Shown: positions 14,608-28,184 of the stretch, one piece after another
How positions within the stretch are numbered: position 1 is the first letter of the stretch
How the letters are laid out: each line of letters starts with the position of its first letter
DNA from: Camelus ferus
Lineage: Eukaryota
DNA: 64,000 nucleotides
NCBI RefSeq assembly: GCF_009834535.1
Contig: NC_045696.1
Location: 76,634,001 to 76,698,000 of the forward strand
Direction: 5' to 3'
Made by a program: the position numbers and the translations under genes
The notes under the pieces: model-generated
The model's database searches: none
Seen by the model: only the letters and a program-made list of their open reading frames with translations
Told to the model about the DNA's origin: nothing

Positions 14608-14932
14608 AGGGACCAAGAAACTATACTCTGTGGGCTAAGTCTGGCCCCACCAACCTATTTTGTAAGGACCACAAACTAAGAAAGATTTTTTAAAGTTTTT
14701 AAGTGCTGAAAAAGGAATCAAAAGAAAACTATTTTTGATACAATGTCATATGAAATTCAGATTTCATTGTTCATAAATTTTTATTGGAACGTGGCCACAC
14801 TCATTTGTTTGCAACATTGTTGCTACTTCTGCACGACAGTTGCAGAGTTGAGTGGTTGTAACAGTGACTGTGTGGCTGGTGGAGCCTGAGGTGTGTGCTG
14901 CTGTGCTCTGTACGGGAGGAGCTTGCCGACCT
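14608..14932. mobile_element. MER58B-like hAT MITE
   Basis: aaactatactctgtgggctaagtctggccc...tttattggaacgtggccacactcatttgttt...ttgccgacc. Confidence 0.7.
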
Positions 14933-15563
14933 TTTCTTTAAACCCTTTTGTGATGTGAGAACAGATAGGTGTAATTAGGGCATATTTAAGTTGTATCTGT
15001 TTCCTTTTTTCCCTCCTTTTGAGAATATCATTTGAATTTTCAGAAACTTATTCTAATCTCTCTGCCTTATACATACCTAGAGCTTTTTCAAACTTAAACG
15101 TTACAGATTAGATGTTGAGAAAATAGAGGCTTCGAATCCTACCAAATTATGTAGACAAAATCAGCATCGATGGCTTGTCCTCCATCCAGTGGTGTAAAAT
15201 CATTCTTTTCCAAAATAAATAATTTTCTGATTCTTAAAATGTACTTTTTTTTTTCAGTTAAGGAGAAAAAACAACTATTTATGCTGTTTGATATAATTTT
15301 AAAGTAAAATGCTAAAGCCCTTTTGTATATTTTGAATCATTTTTGCCAGTATGTTGCAGAAAAAGCGACCCAGCCATGTTTTGGTTGTATAACCTATTAC
15401 TAACTGTTGGAAGTAATATTTATTCGTTAGGGTTTATTTTTAGCCAGTATCGAACCTTCATTTCACATTATTTAATAAAATCAAATGGTTTTTACAAATT
15501 GTTTACATTTTGTTTAAAATATTTTATTGAGAAAATACTTAATTAACTTTGTTTTATTTTTAG

Positions 15564-15608
15564 GGTTATATCCTGTGTTGTGACCTCATGGTTTAAGTGG
15601 GAATAAAG
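15564..15608 (+). other. TBL1XR1: 5'UTR portion (45 nt) of the first coding exon
   Basis: Acceptor ttttatttttag ends at 15563; the main ATG is at 15609. Confidence 0.85.
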
Positions 15609-15666
15609 ATGAGTATAAGCAGTGATGAGGTCAACTTCTTGGTATATAGATACTTGCAAGAGTCAG
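15609..15666 (+). CDS. TBL1XR1: TBL1XR1 coding exon 1/14 (MSISSDEVNFLVYRYLQES, LisH start), 58 nt
   Basis: aagATGagt start context; donor CAG|gtgagt; phase 1. Confidence 0.97.
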
Positions 15667-18600
15667 GTGAGTACTTTCATAAAGTAAATAGGCCTCAAAT
15701 TATTTTAACATTCTCAAAATAACCTATTATGCATTTGAAATTTGTACCAGTCCAAACTGTTGAACTTTGTATGTTTCCTTAATGTCTGGACTGCCATTTT
15801 AAAGCTATATGTTACTGCATGGTTTAACTCTCTGACTCTTTCAAATATGTTGGAATTATCTCAGGCAGATATTTGTAATGAATGGTTTGGCTTTCACTGT
15901 TGAAAGGCCATTTTTAGAATTTGTTGTGAAGTGAGATTATTACACACGATTAGTAGGAACATATAAACTCTCAGATACCATCAGTTTGATACTGTATATT
16001 CATGATCCTCAGCTAAATGTTACTGGTCCTAATTGCAGTTAGCATTTTAAAACTAAATTAACTGGGGTTTTTTTTCATAATGCTTTCATGCATATTATCC
16101 CAATTGATTAAATGTGTCCTTGACTTGAATTTTTACAAATGTGTTTATTGAGGGGTGATCAGTAAATACAAATAATTGAAAGCCATTTGTCACAAATCTT
16201 AAGTCAGTGATGTCCAAGTTTTCTAGACAAATTAAAAGGTATTATAAAACAGGAGGAAAACTGCAGGGGAAATGTGGGATAGATTAAGAAAAAAAGGGCA
16301 AAAGTAGAAGAGGGAAAGATTTGGGTTGGATGGGACGTAGGATGGTGGAAAAGATTGATTACAATGGTAAGTCAGATTGTTCACATGAGAAGGAGTCATT
16401 TGGTAGTTGAAAATATGCTGGAGAGGTTGAATTTTAGAAACTATAGCCTAAAGTTACTAGAATGTTTGGTAAGGTAAGGTTTGGTATATGGTAATTTTGG
16501 TAGTCACTTGTGAGAACAGATGGAAGGAATAGAGTAGAGGATTGAGCCCTCAGTTTTGGTTTGAAGCTCCAGTTATTCTTCTTAAAGGGCTTAGTTGTCC
16601 TTTCTTATACAGGGAATGCCACTGTAGCCCCCAATCTTAGATCCTCTGCTTGCTGGGAGGTTCCCACCTCTTTGTAGTTCTGAGCCTTTGTCTTGGGCAG
16701 AGGTTTTCTGTTCCCAAGTACTGTCACTGCTTCTTCCTGGCTGAGAACAGCTGAGAAAATTATGTCCAGCAAGGGCAGGGAGGGGAAAAAGAAGAAACTA
16801 AAGTAACCAGCAATGCAGAATAGCTTGTTGTAAAGCTTTGAGATTAATAAATCTTGTTTTGTTTCATTTTGTTTTCAACTGGTAAACTGGTATTGAAGGC
16901 AGATCCAAAGAGGACATACATAGAATATCTTGAAGGAGATAAAATGATTAATAAAGTGTTGAAAAACTACTAACCTGGAACTGTTAGATATATAACATGT
17001 ATACATGCACACATTTGGATATTTTTATGTAGTACTTTGGGCCATACTGGAAAGAATTTGTTAGGTCAAAACAAACTCTACATTTTCTGCCTTTGAATCT
17101 GACCGCCAGAGCTTTGAGGCCTTGGACCTAAAGTGAAAAACATTGTGGAGGATCAGTGGATGGGAAAATAACTATAATGGCGTATAGTTGTGTTGTAACG
17201 GCAACTATTTAGATTTAACCATATGAAACTACTATTTCTGCAGATGAGACAGAGTTGACTAGCTCAGCAGCACCCTGTGGTCCAGCCTCTGCTTGGGTGA
17301 AATAGGGCGAGGTGAAGTGAGAGGTGTCAGTGAACACGCAGATCTTACTTCCAAACAGAAGTCCACAAATTGATGTTTTATGTTCCTACAAGAAAATACA
17401 AGTAAAAAGACAGTAAAGTAATAATACTCTGGATTAATTTCTGAAAAAGTATCCAATGATTAAATATTATCAAAAATCTTAAAGTTGCTTACGTTCTCAG
17501 AGAAAATCCTGCTAAATTTCATGTTTCAAGGTATTTCATGTTGTGGTAAAAATAAAGCAAGAATAATAAATTTTTAGAAAAACTTCATATGGCAGATTAA
17601 TATTTATCGTGTGAAATTCTGTGTAATTGTTTACTATGTTGTTAGTTGTGCTTTCTGTATTCATTAGAAAGCTTTATACTTTACAGTGTACTGGTGATGA
17701 AGTATGATGTTAAGCCACATCTGTAAAACTGCACATCAGTCCCTTTATAAAATTTGTAACTTCTATTTGCATTATGACTTATAGGGGAAATCTGACTCAA
17801 CCAATGACATTTTGACTTACGGCAGTTTTTCTAAGAATGCAACGTGCCATAAATTTAAGAATCACCTATACTAAAGTTCTAAAGTTTGGTACTCTGACAG
17901 TCTGCATTTTACAAATGCCCCAGGTGATTTTTAGGCATCATAAAGTTTGAAAGCCATTCATCTATATTAGTTTTAGGATAATTAGAACTTGACAGGAAAG
18001 TTGACAACAGGTATGTAGCATGTTCACAATGTCTTGAAAGAAAAATTATATTTAGTAGCTATTTGAGATAAAGTAAAAAGCCTAAAGTGTATACATTGAG
18101 ATTTGGAGCATTAGAATATCCCCTGAAGAGGGAGCTGCCCCTAAAATGGTGCGTTTTTATTTGCAGGCAAGGTTTAGCAGGAATGATGAGGCCTATTTAT
18201 GCCTTAAAGGTACTAAGAGACATTTATTTGAAATTACTTCCAGAAATGAGATGGGAGTTTAAGAAATTTATACTTCTGTCAACTCAGGACAGATTTCAGA
18301 TAGAGCTCAGAATCCAGCCCATCTTATTAGCACTTGCCACTTACAGAAACTCTTCCTTGATTCTGATCTCTAATTACATATAAAAGTGACCGTATTTGTG
18401 GTGGGTTGTATTTTGGAATCACCTAGTTTAGTAATTCCTTCTCTGAGTTGTTTTTGGGATTCAGCATTTATTTATCACCATAACTTACAAGAGGTAATTA
18501 CTGATAATTAGTTATTAAATATCTAAGAAATATGATGTAAATTACTTTTTAGACCGTAATTATTTCTCTTAAAAGATTTAAAGCAATATAGAAGAAACTA

Positions 18601-21477
18601 GAATCCTAATATTGCTACCTTCCATATAAAAGAGTACTGAATTAGGTTAGGAGATAGGAAAAAATATATATTTATGACAAAGGAGGTATCTGTGCAGAGA
18701 AATTCAAAGGACTGGTTTGTAAGACCTGCCACAAAGGAAGATTAGATTTCCCTCTTGCTTGTCTCATTATCTCGAAGTTCTCAGTCAGAAAGTCCAAAAA
18801 CACCTTATGAAAGTTTTGTTCTGTTTTGATAAACGTGTGATTTTAGAAATCATGTTTTTTGGTAAGAACTTCTAATATCTGTTTTCTGCAAACAGTGTTT
18901 AGTGTTGACTGGACTATGGTATCCATCTCCAAAGGAAATAAAATCATTTAAATTGTTTTAATTTTTAATACATTATACTATGTGGTAAGCATCCTATTAT
19001 GACTGTTATCAGCCCTGGAAGATACTACCTGTGAAAAGCTCACACACACCCCACCTACCCCACCCCCAATTTACAGAACTTCTCAGAGCTGCCATTTTCT
19101 TATTCATAAAATTTATTCCTTACTGAAAAGGGACTTGATTGTGATATTCAGCCTCAAATGTTTCATAAACTTGTTTGAAATAAGCCATCCTTCTCTATTC
19201 ATTAAAACTAGTTAAAAGTGTAGTTGTTGTAGGATGGTTTTATTAAGTGTTGGGACTTTTTATTTTTCTTGTTTTTAATCTCTGGAAAGTTCACCCTAAG
19301 TGAATTACTTTGGCCACCATCATTTTACACTGTTGTGAACTAGACTTTTCATATTCAACAAATATTTCCTCGGGAATAAAATTCGCTACTTTTTTCCCTT
19401 TTGAGATGACTTGGAAGTTGAGCATGTTTGACGTGCAGCACTGTAAGTAACAACTGACTTGTTGCAGCGTGCGCCCTTCAATTAGCATTTGCCCAAGGGC
19501 AGCGCAAATCTCTCGACCGTATGCAGAATAAGTACTAAGTGGTATGTACTTCAGTTGTATATAACAAACCAAACCTGATACACTGTTAATTTTAGAAGAG
19601 CTAAGCTGGTTTGGACCTTTAAATTTCCCTTCCCTCCACCCTCTCCTCTTTTTGTATCACTTGACTCTCTTGCAGTTATTCTCAGTTTTAGTTTACTTTT
19701 TTTCTGAAGAAATTGTTCCTGGCAATTATTTGTGAACCTTGTGGCACCCCTTTTTCTTGTTGCTTTGTTGTATAAGGTGAAATTTTACTTTGCTTAAAAC
19801 TGTATTTGGTTGAGGGGAGAATTCTTGATTCTATATTTAACTGTTGTGTTACATGTTCAAGAGCTTAAATGTTTATATTTATAATGAACTTGAATGTTGG
19901 ATGCTATGAAACATTTGCATCTTATGATTGAAGACTAACTGGAAAATGCAAAAACAGCGTGTCCTTATTACTGAGTATTTTTCTAGATTGTCATTCTGAA
20001 TACTATTATTTTAAAAACTCCTCATGTTTTTAGAACTGAGATTCTTCTTGCCAGTCTCCACTCATGAGAAGGTGATGATATATGTAGTCTTAAAGCATTT
20101 GGTTCATGGGGGATCATCTTGTCTCTCCTGCACCCCACCTCTTTTCACTGTTTTCTGACATTTTCAAAGGGGTATTGCATCTCCCTGGATACAGGCCTTG
20201 CACCACACAACTTTTTCTTACATGGTGCTTACTTAAAATGTATTGTTTGTTTATAAGATCACACATCAGATACATGCTTAATTTAGAAATCTGACTTGAT
20301 CATGGTGGGCACAAACTAACGTGGATGTTTATGTGTAACATTAAGGTTCTGACCTATGACACCAAATAACCCATTCATTCTTTTTTTTTTTTTTCCATTT
20401 AATATTTTTACCCTACAATGGCCAGTAAAATATCAGCAATCAAATGACAGTGTAGTCATTTTTCTTGACTTAGATGAAGGTCACTGGACTGGATAAACAT
20501 TCCTTCCTAGATGTCCCCCCACTGGTGCCATTTATAAGCAGACTTTAAGGATGTGCTGGATGGAGTTAGGTTAAACTGACTACCAGTAATGTGCCTGTAG
20601 CTACAAAGGACTGGAGTGAGGAGAGAGCTCAGGATCTGGTATGTCCACCATGAGTCAGTGTTTATGAGTAGATGGTCAGCTACAAAGTGCAAGTAAGTAT
20701 ATAGTTTTGCTTTATAATCCAATAAAATATCCAGTAACATTGATTTGACACATTTAGTTGTTGTACACATGACTAATTAACAATAAACAGCAAGCAATTG
20801 TCATAAATGCTGGTAATTACTATACTTACTAATCAGTTTTTCTCCCCATTTTTGTAAACTGAATGACTGTTTTTCGCTGATAAAAGGAATTCCTATTACA
20901 CATTCCTACTGACATACTTGTTAAAAGACAAAAGTTCTTTAATAGTTGCCAAACAGAGAACTTGTTCAATCTTAATAGTAATATTTTTGGGTTTTTTAGG
21001 GATAGCCAGCATAGCGAGGGTATAAGGAAACATAAATTGATGACGGTATTATAAATTTGCGCAGGTTTTTGGAAAAGCAGTTTGGCAATCATGAAAACTT
21101 CTTTTAAAATGCTCATGTCCCGTTCAACTTTTGAGAGAATCCATTCTAAGGAGAAAAAATACATGTATATGTATACATGGCAAAAGCCTATATACATAGA
21201 TATTTGAGGTAAGATTCTTTTAAAATAATGAACATTGGCAAAGTCCAGATGTTCAGTGGTGGGATGAATAATTTACTCACTGAGTGCATTTATTGGCTGA
21301 ATATTATGATAATACTAAAATTATTTCAGAAAATAAAATTCATATAAAATGTTCAAAGTTCAAAATTAGGGTACAAATTAGCCAGTATATTGTGCTGGAA
21401 AAAAAAGGAAATAAAAATGCTAACAGTTGTATTTGGATTTTGGTATTGTAATTTTTTTTCCCTTCACATTTTTCCTT

Positions 21478-21690
21478 TTTTTTTTTTTAACTTTTTTTTA
21501 ATTGAGTTACCGTCATTTTACAATGTTGTGTCAAATTCCAGTGTAGAGCACAATTTTTCAGTTATACATGAACATATATTCATTGTCACATTTTTTTTCC
21601 ACTGTGAGCTACCACAAGATCTTGTGTATATACTTCCCTGTGCTATACAGTATAATCTTGTTTATCTGTTCTACATTTTGAAATCCCAGT
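21478..21690 (-). mobile_element. 5'-truncated lineage-specific L1 3' end with poly(T) tail
   Basis: T-tract then ttaattgag...acaatgttgtgtcaaattccagtgtagagca...ccctgtgctatacagta; same family as the copies near 43942, 45830 and 51081. Confidence 0.7.
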
Positions 21691-22759
21691 TGCTTTTTTT
21701 TAATAAGTGCTAAGTCTAATTCTTCAACATCTGAGATCCCCTATAGCATTTTTCCTCCTATTTCTTTTTACCTTTTCTACAATCTTTAATTAAGCAATTA
21801 CGTGTGGAACTTTTTACAGTAAACAAGAAATATGGGTCTGTAGGACAGAGTTGGAAACAGATTTGGGGGCAAGGGAGTGTGTGGTAATGGGAGCAGGGAT
21901 ATAATTTTCTGGGCTTCTCTGACCTGAAGCTTAAAAAGAACATTGGTTAAATCAGATTTTCCTTTTAGACTAGGGCACTGTGTTATATAATAGTGGCTTT
22001 TTCCCCCCATATTCCATCCTGTACTGTAAACCATGTTCAGGGCCCATTTTTATGTTCTGATACTCTCTGTTTACAAAGTAGATTTGGCAGTCTCTGGAGG
22101 ATTTGACTTCCCTTTGAGAATACAATCCCTATCGTCCTAAGAGAAGGCACTCCTGAAACGAGCAATATGTAGAAAATGGTTGTCTTGTGATCTCATGTCT
22201 TACGTGGAAACGTGTGGTCTCAAGAGTAACTCCACATACACCCTACACTACTGGCCCTTTATCGCAGAACGTCACTGAATTACTCTGGGTTGAAGTTTGT
22301 GTTTTTCACCCTTACTCTCTCTCGAATCTCTTTTCTCCCTCCCAAATCTTACTCAGTCTGGTGAATGCGTAGAGTACTTGATTACAGAGGTATTATTAAT
22401 AATCAGATTTGCTTTTACTCCTGTAAAGAATGGATGCTATTTTAGGCAATCAGGCTAGACCTAAGCATTTCACAAATTTAAGTTGATCCCTTTTGCTTTC
22501 TATTATGTAGATCGAAAGCTGTCCCTGAAAAAGTATTTCCCATTTATATATTTATAGATAAATGCAAATATTTTTGACTTAACCCTTGTTCAAGCTTTAG
22601 TTTTGGTTTTCAAGGAGAATTTTCATATCTTTTTTTTCTGGATTCATAGATTTTCTGATGTGCCAAGATAAAATTATAGTAGAATTGCATTCTGATTGAA
22701 CAGAGAACTAGTAAAATTAGGTAATGATCTAATTTCCCTGAATTGAAAGATTACTAGAC

Positions 22760-23430
22760 ATAAACCCCATCCTCAAGCAGCCCAGTCTAGTAGTCATATA
22801 CATATGCACAACCATAGACACACTTGTGATAATCATTCAGTGTGGTAAATGCCATACATAGACAAATTATAGGATTAATGTAAGAGTGTGATCAACCCTG
22901 GAGCAGTGAAAGGAAGGACTTCACCTCCATTCCCATTGGTGGAAAGAGCACAAGAATACATAAGGGCCAAAGGCGTGAGAGCACAGCATATTCAAGGTGC
23001 TACTTGTAATTGGCAGTCACTTGAATTTATTGTACCGAGGGAAGAATGGGAGGGTGGAATTGGGGAAATAAGCCTGAAGAGATGGGTAGGGTCAAGATTA
23101 CAAAAGTAACTGTGTGCCATACTTGAGAGTTTGTCCTTTATTATGAAGCCCTAAGGGATCATTGAAAGTGCTCAAGTAAGGAGTGGCATGATCAGTTTTT
23201 GTTTTACAAGTAGTAGTCTAGCTGTAGTGTGTCAGGTGTGCTCAACGAGGGAAGACAGAAAAAGGGGAGTTTTGACAGTAACAGTCCAGGCAAAGGATGA
23301 TGGGGGGCTGAACTCAAGGTTCTGGCGGAATAGGAAAGCTGATGACAAAGACTAGAGAGGTAGGATTGATAGGTTTTGGCAGATTGTGGAATGCTAAGGG
23401 CTGAGGTGGAAGTTAGGATGACTTCCAGGT
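22760..23430. mobile_element. Degraded L2 fragment
   Basis: Purine-rich L2-like segment (attgaaagtgctcaagtaaggagtggcatgatcag; ggatgacttccaggt). Confidence 0.5.
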
Positions 23431-25915
23431 GTAACAAAATAAGTAAGAAATTTCTAAGGAAAAAGAAGGTTTAACCGGAAAAAGAAAAGTAGTCTTGAAC
23501 ATAATAATGTTAAGCTGTCATGTAATGCTGTAACTAGAGATAAGGAAAAATTATAGTTGAATTCAACATGAATTAAACAGAGCATTTAAGTCTGGACCTT
23601 CTCTAGGGTAAACATGAACGGTAAGTGCCAAGTCAGTGCTGATGACCACATTAGGATTGTTTGCTTATTATTTGTGAACATCCTAAGCGTACACACAGTA
23701 ACTTGAGATGGCTGTGAGCACCTGGTCTCACAGAACAAATTCAGGATGTATGCAGCCTTCCAGCCAAAAATTGACGCTGCTCTACGTGCAGCTCTCAGGA
23801 TATTCTTGGACATAGGCTTGAACTCTACCACCTGATTAAACAGAGTCTAAAAATATAATTAATTGTTATTTAAATTGTACTCAGGAGTTAGAGAGTGCAG
23901 AAATCATGGACTTTACTGTAATTTATAAGGCTTACGAAAATCAAAACACTTTAGAAGCCTCTTTTAATGAGATGTCTTACTGCTTCATGCACTACTGATA
24001 CCACTTTCTAATACCCTGAGTTGAAACAGGAGAACAGTTATGCAGTCTTTTATTTTCTGTTGGTAACAGGAGCTCACTCTGAATTAGCTTTTTCCTTGGC
24101 CGCATTCTGACTGCTCAGTAGGATTGGGAGAGTGCAGTGGTTAAGGCCATGGTCTCTGAATGAATTTGAATCTTTATTTTTATTGCGACTATTTTCTCAT
24201 CTGCTAATTCAGATAATAAAGTAATACTATTATGCATGCATGGTGTCAGCCCTCTGTAAGTGATATCATCTGTCTTGAAGTCTGTCTTCTTAAACCTCTA
24301 AGTCACTTGGATGTTTAGCTTTTATTCCTGTTTATGGTTTGCTGCAAAATGTATTTTGGAAGGGATATGTAATTGAAAACAGCCTCCACCCTGCCTATGT
24401 ATTTCACTTCCATTTCTCTCACCCTTTCTGCCCATCCTTCCCAGTCTTTATTCTTAGCTTCCTGTCCTGGGGACCTGAGACCTGAAATCTACTCATTCAA
24501 GTAGTTGTGGGTTTCCTGACAAGGACAATGCGAAATGGTGCTTTTTCATTTGTATGTTTCTTAGCCTTCTCTGTGAGCTCAAATTAAGCTGCAGACTGTA
24601 AATGTGTTTAATAATGATCTAGTCTGTAGGCAAAGTCAAGAAGTTAATATTCAGGTCTTAAAGGTAACATCTTTCCACTTCTCACTATGGATAGCTACAG
24701 GAATGGTTAGGTGTTCCAAAGAGGGAGAGAAGGAGCAGCTGTAAGGAAAATCGACTTAGGTGTACTTTGACTCTCTATTAACCAATTACAGTATCTCCTA
24801 GCCACATACTGTTTGTGATCCCACAGTATTTTGGTATAGACTGTTTATAAGTCCCACAAAGAGCCAGAGAGTGGAGGCAGCAGAACGGAAAAAGACGTGG
24901 ACTAAGCGCTGAACAACAAAGATAGAAAGGCTTGACAACAGTTATTATATGGATTAGTTTAACCAAGACCCAAATAAGCCCATATTCATTTACTTTATTT
25001 AGTATGAAAGTTTCTTAACATTCTGTATTAGATGTATAATTAAATGAATTATTTAAAATACATTAATGACAATTACTATTTAATGATAAGCTCTGATGGT
25101 ATTTTGATAAAGAGAATAACCACCCTTGGGTCTATCAGTTTGCTAGAATTTTACATTTGAATTTGGATTTGATTTTCATTAAAAAAAAAAAAACAAGACC
25201 AGCATAAAGAGACTTTTGTTTGAATATTTTGGTTTTAAGTATTTCAAATTAAAATTAAAGAATTGTTGATGGACAAAGAAATTGAATTTTCACTTGCCAA
25301 CTCGTAATTTCCTAAGGCGTTCATTTAGTGGATTATTACTAAGTGGCAAAGAATTTGTGGGGTTTTTTTTTTAAGCACTTAATCATGTATACAATAGAAT
25401 TTAAGTATACAAACTATTTTTCATTATTAAAGTTCAGTTTTCATTCCTTATTGGTTTCAGTTTCCTTTTTATTTCCTAAATAGTTTTATTAAAAACCTGC
25501 AGAATATTGAACTTATAAGGTGTCTAGTGATTTAAATGTAGAAATTTAAATGTACTACAAAAATATTAGATGTCTTAATTTATCTTGCACTAAATTATCT
25601 TGAGGGAAGCAGTTGAGTCACATGATTTACAAAGGCTTTTGTTTCTGCTTGAAAGTGTGATACTATTTGTTGAGAAAAATTATGTGCCACTGTTAAATTT
25701 TCTGTGTACTAGAAATTTCAAATACTACATTATTTAAGTGAAAGGGAAAATACATAAAGGTTAACATGTTTGGATTTTGATATTTCTTTTATTTAAAAAT
25801 GTATTTGACCTTAGCTAAATAACAGTCCAGGATTTCACCTGGGTGGAAAGCGATCTTGAAAGATTATAGAGGTCTTTCATTTGTATCATGGAGCATGTTG
25901 CCAGTAAGAGAATGA

Positions 25916-26101
<186 letters not shown>

Positions 26102-26477
26102 TAGTTCAAATACTACTTCTTACTCCTAAATATGTCCCTAAATATCTGATATTTTGTATACTCGTTCATTGTCTGACTTCAGCTTCACCAGGCTAACAAA
26201 ACTGAAGGGCACTGTTCCCAGCGTGCCAGCCCCGTCACACAGGCAAGGCATGTTGGCTCCCAACTGTAAGGACCATTATCTGTAGCTTATTTCTCTTTAT
26301 ATGGTTTTATACGAAACAGTAAGAAATAATTTTCTTTAAGACCATAAATGATGGTTTGCAAAATTAGAAAATCTCAGGATATTAGGTTTTACCAGATTTT
26401 GGAAGGCAGTTTATAATCAAAGCCAAGTCTCGATACTGTTACCTATGTAAGGCTTATATAGTTTAGGTAGTTTAACG

Positions 26478-26695
26478 TGGGGGTCAGCCAGCTGTGACCC
26501 ATGAGCCAGACTTGCCTGTTGCTTATGTTTATGAAGTTTGCTTGGTACACAGCCACACGCCTTCCTCTACTGCTGCCTGGCTGCTTTTGTGCTGCAGTGA
26601 CAGAATTAAGTGGTGGTGACAGAGACCTTGTGGTCTGCAAAGCCTAAAATATTTACTGTCTGGTCTGATACAGAAAAAGTTTGCAAACTTTGGTG
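26478..26695. mobile_element. MER58A-like hAT MITE
   Basis: ggggtcagcc...acacagccacac...aaagcctaaaatatttactgtctgg...acagaaaaagtttgc. Confidence 0.75.
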
Positions 26696-27427
26696 CAGCT
26701 GAACATTTTCATTTATGGTCGGAATTTATGATACATGGAACTTTTTACCTTATTTTTGTTTCAGAGATTAACATGTTCCCCTTTCCTTTTGCAGGTATTT
26801 TAAAAGCTGAAGTATCCGTGGTTTCTGCGTCAATATTTATTAACTATAATTATATGATACACTAAAATTGACTATTTTTTAATTTCCACATCACTTATTA
26901 TAACTGAAAATCCCCTAATACTAAATTAAAAGTGTCCGCATCATCTTTTAACACTTTGCCTCCCAAAGTGTCCTTTTTTGTAGAGGATCATAAACAGTTT
27001 CTACTAGAGATGAAGTCTCATTTTATCTGAAAATTTTTTTGTAGATTTAATATAAACTACAATGTATGTGTGTTGGTTTTAATATTTTTTAAGTTACTTA
27101 AAATAAGTTAAAACATTTTCTCCTACTCTTCAAATACTCCGTTACAACTGACAGTGCAGAAAGATGTGCTGTGTTTTGTGACTTTGAGCCCCTGTAACGT
27201 CACTGCAGATTACCAGTGGTGCACATTCACTCGCTTAAGTGAGCTAGGCTTCACATACACATGTTCCTAGCTATTAGGCACTGTTTCTATTTCTGACTTG
27301 CTCTGTGCCTCTCTTCTTGTGCTTGCTGGGGAACTTACTAATTGTGAATTTCCTAATACCAGTGAAAGGAGCTTTGGAAAATTAGAGCAAGTCGATAAAA
27401 TCAAAGAGCACTAGCCTCTGAGTTATG

Positions 27428-27596
27428 GTGATACTTCTCAAATGTTAGTGCACATAAGACTCCCCCAGAGAGTTCCTTAAAACACAGATTCCTGGGCCCT
27501 TCAGAGATCTTGATTCTGTAGGTTTGAATCTATATTTCTAACAAGACCAAGTGATGGTGGGGCTGTTGGTCCTTGGACTGCACTTGAAATACCACG
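27428..27596. mobile_element. MER5A-like MITE
   Basis: cttctcaaa...ttaaaacacagattcctgggccc...gattctgtaggt...tttctaacaag. Confidence 0.7.
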
Positions 27597-28184
27597 AGTT
27601 ACAGATCCCAGTTGCGACTGACTGGCTGTGTAACTTCAAGTCTTTAAACCTTATTGTGCTTATATTTCAGCATTAGCAAAATGAGACGATCGTGTGGCAT
27701 AATATCTGAAGTCTGTATCTGTTTTAATATTTTAGTCAAATCACAAAAAACTGTTGAGTCCAACAAAGCTATTTTTAAAGTTTTTAGTTTTAAAGAAGTA
27801 AAATATGGCGCTAAATGCCTTTTCGTTGTGTGAACTGCTCCTTACTGCTTTTGACTAACTGAATCTTGAAAGGTAATTTAATAAGCCTTTTTATTCATCT
27901 GGGCCTAGTTTTTATTATTCTTCTCGGCATTTCAGCTTTGATCTGTTCAGCATTTAGCAGTGTGACTTGGGGGAGGAGGAAGATCGAAGCAGCTGTTTGC
28001 AGCGCTTCTTGTAGTTGCCTTCTTCCCTCCTGATTCCTCTCCGTCTTACATGCGTTCAGAAAATTATCTTAAAGTATTTTTTCTTAGAATGCATGGTTTT
28101 CATTTCTGCTGTTGACTTGTACGAATACAAGTTACCCTAAATGTGTCACCTTTGATTTTTCTTCTCACAATTTTCCACATCCAG

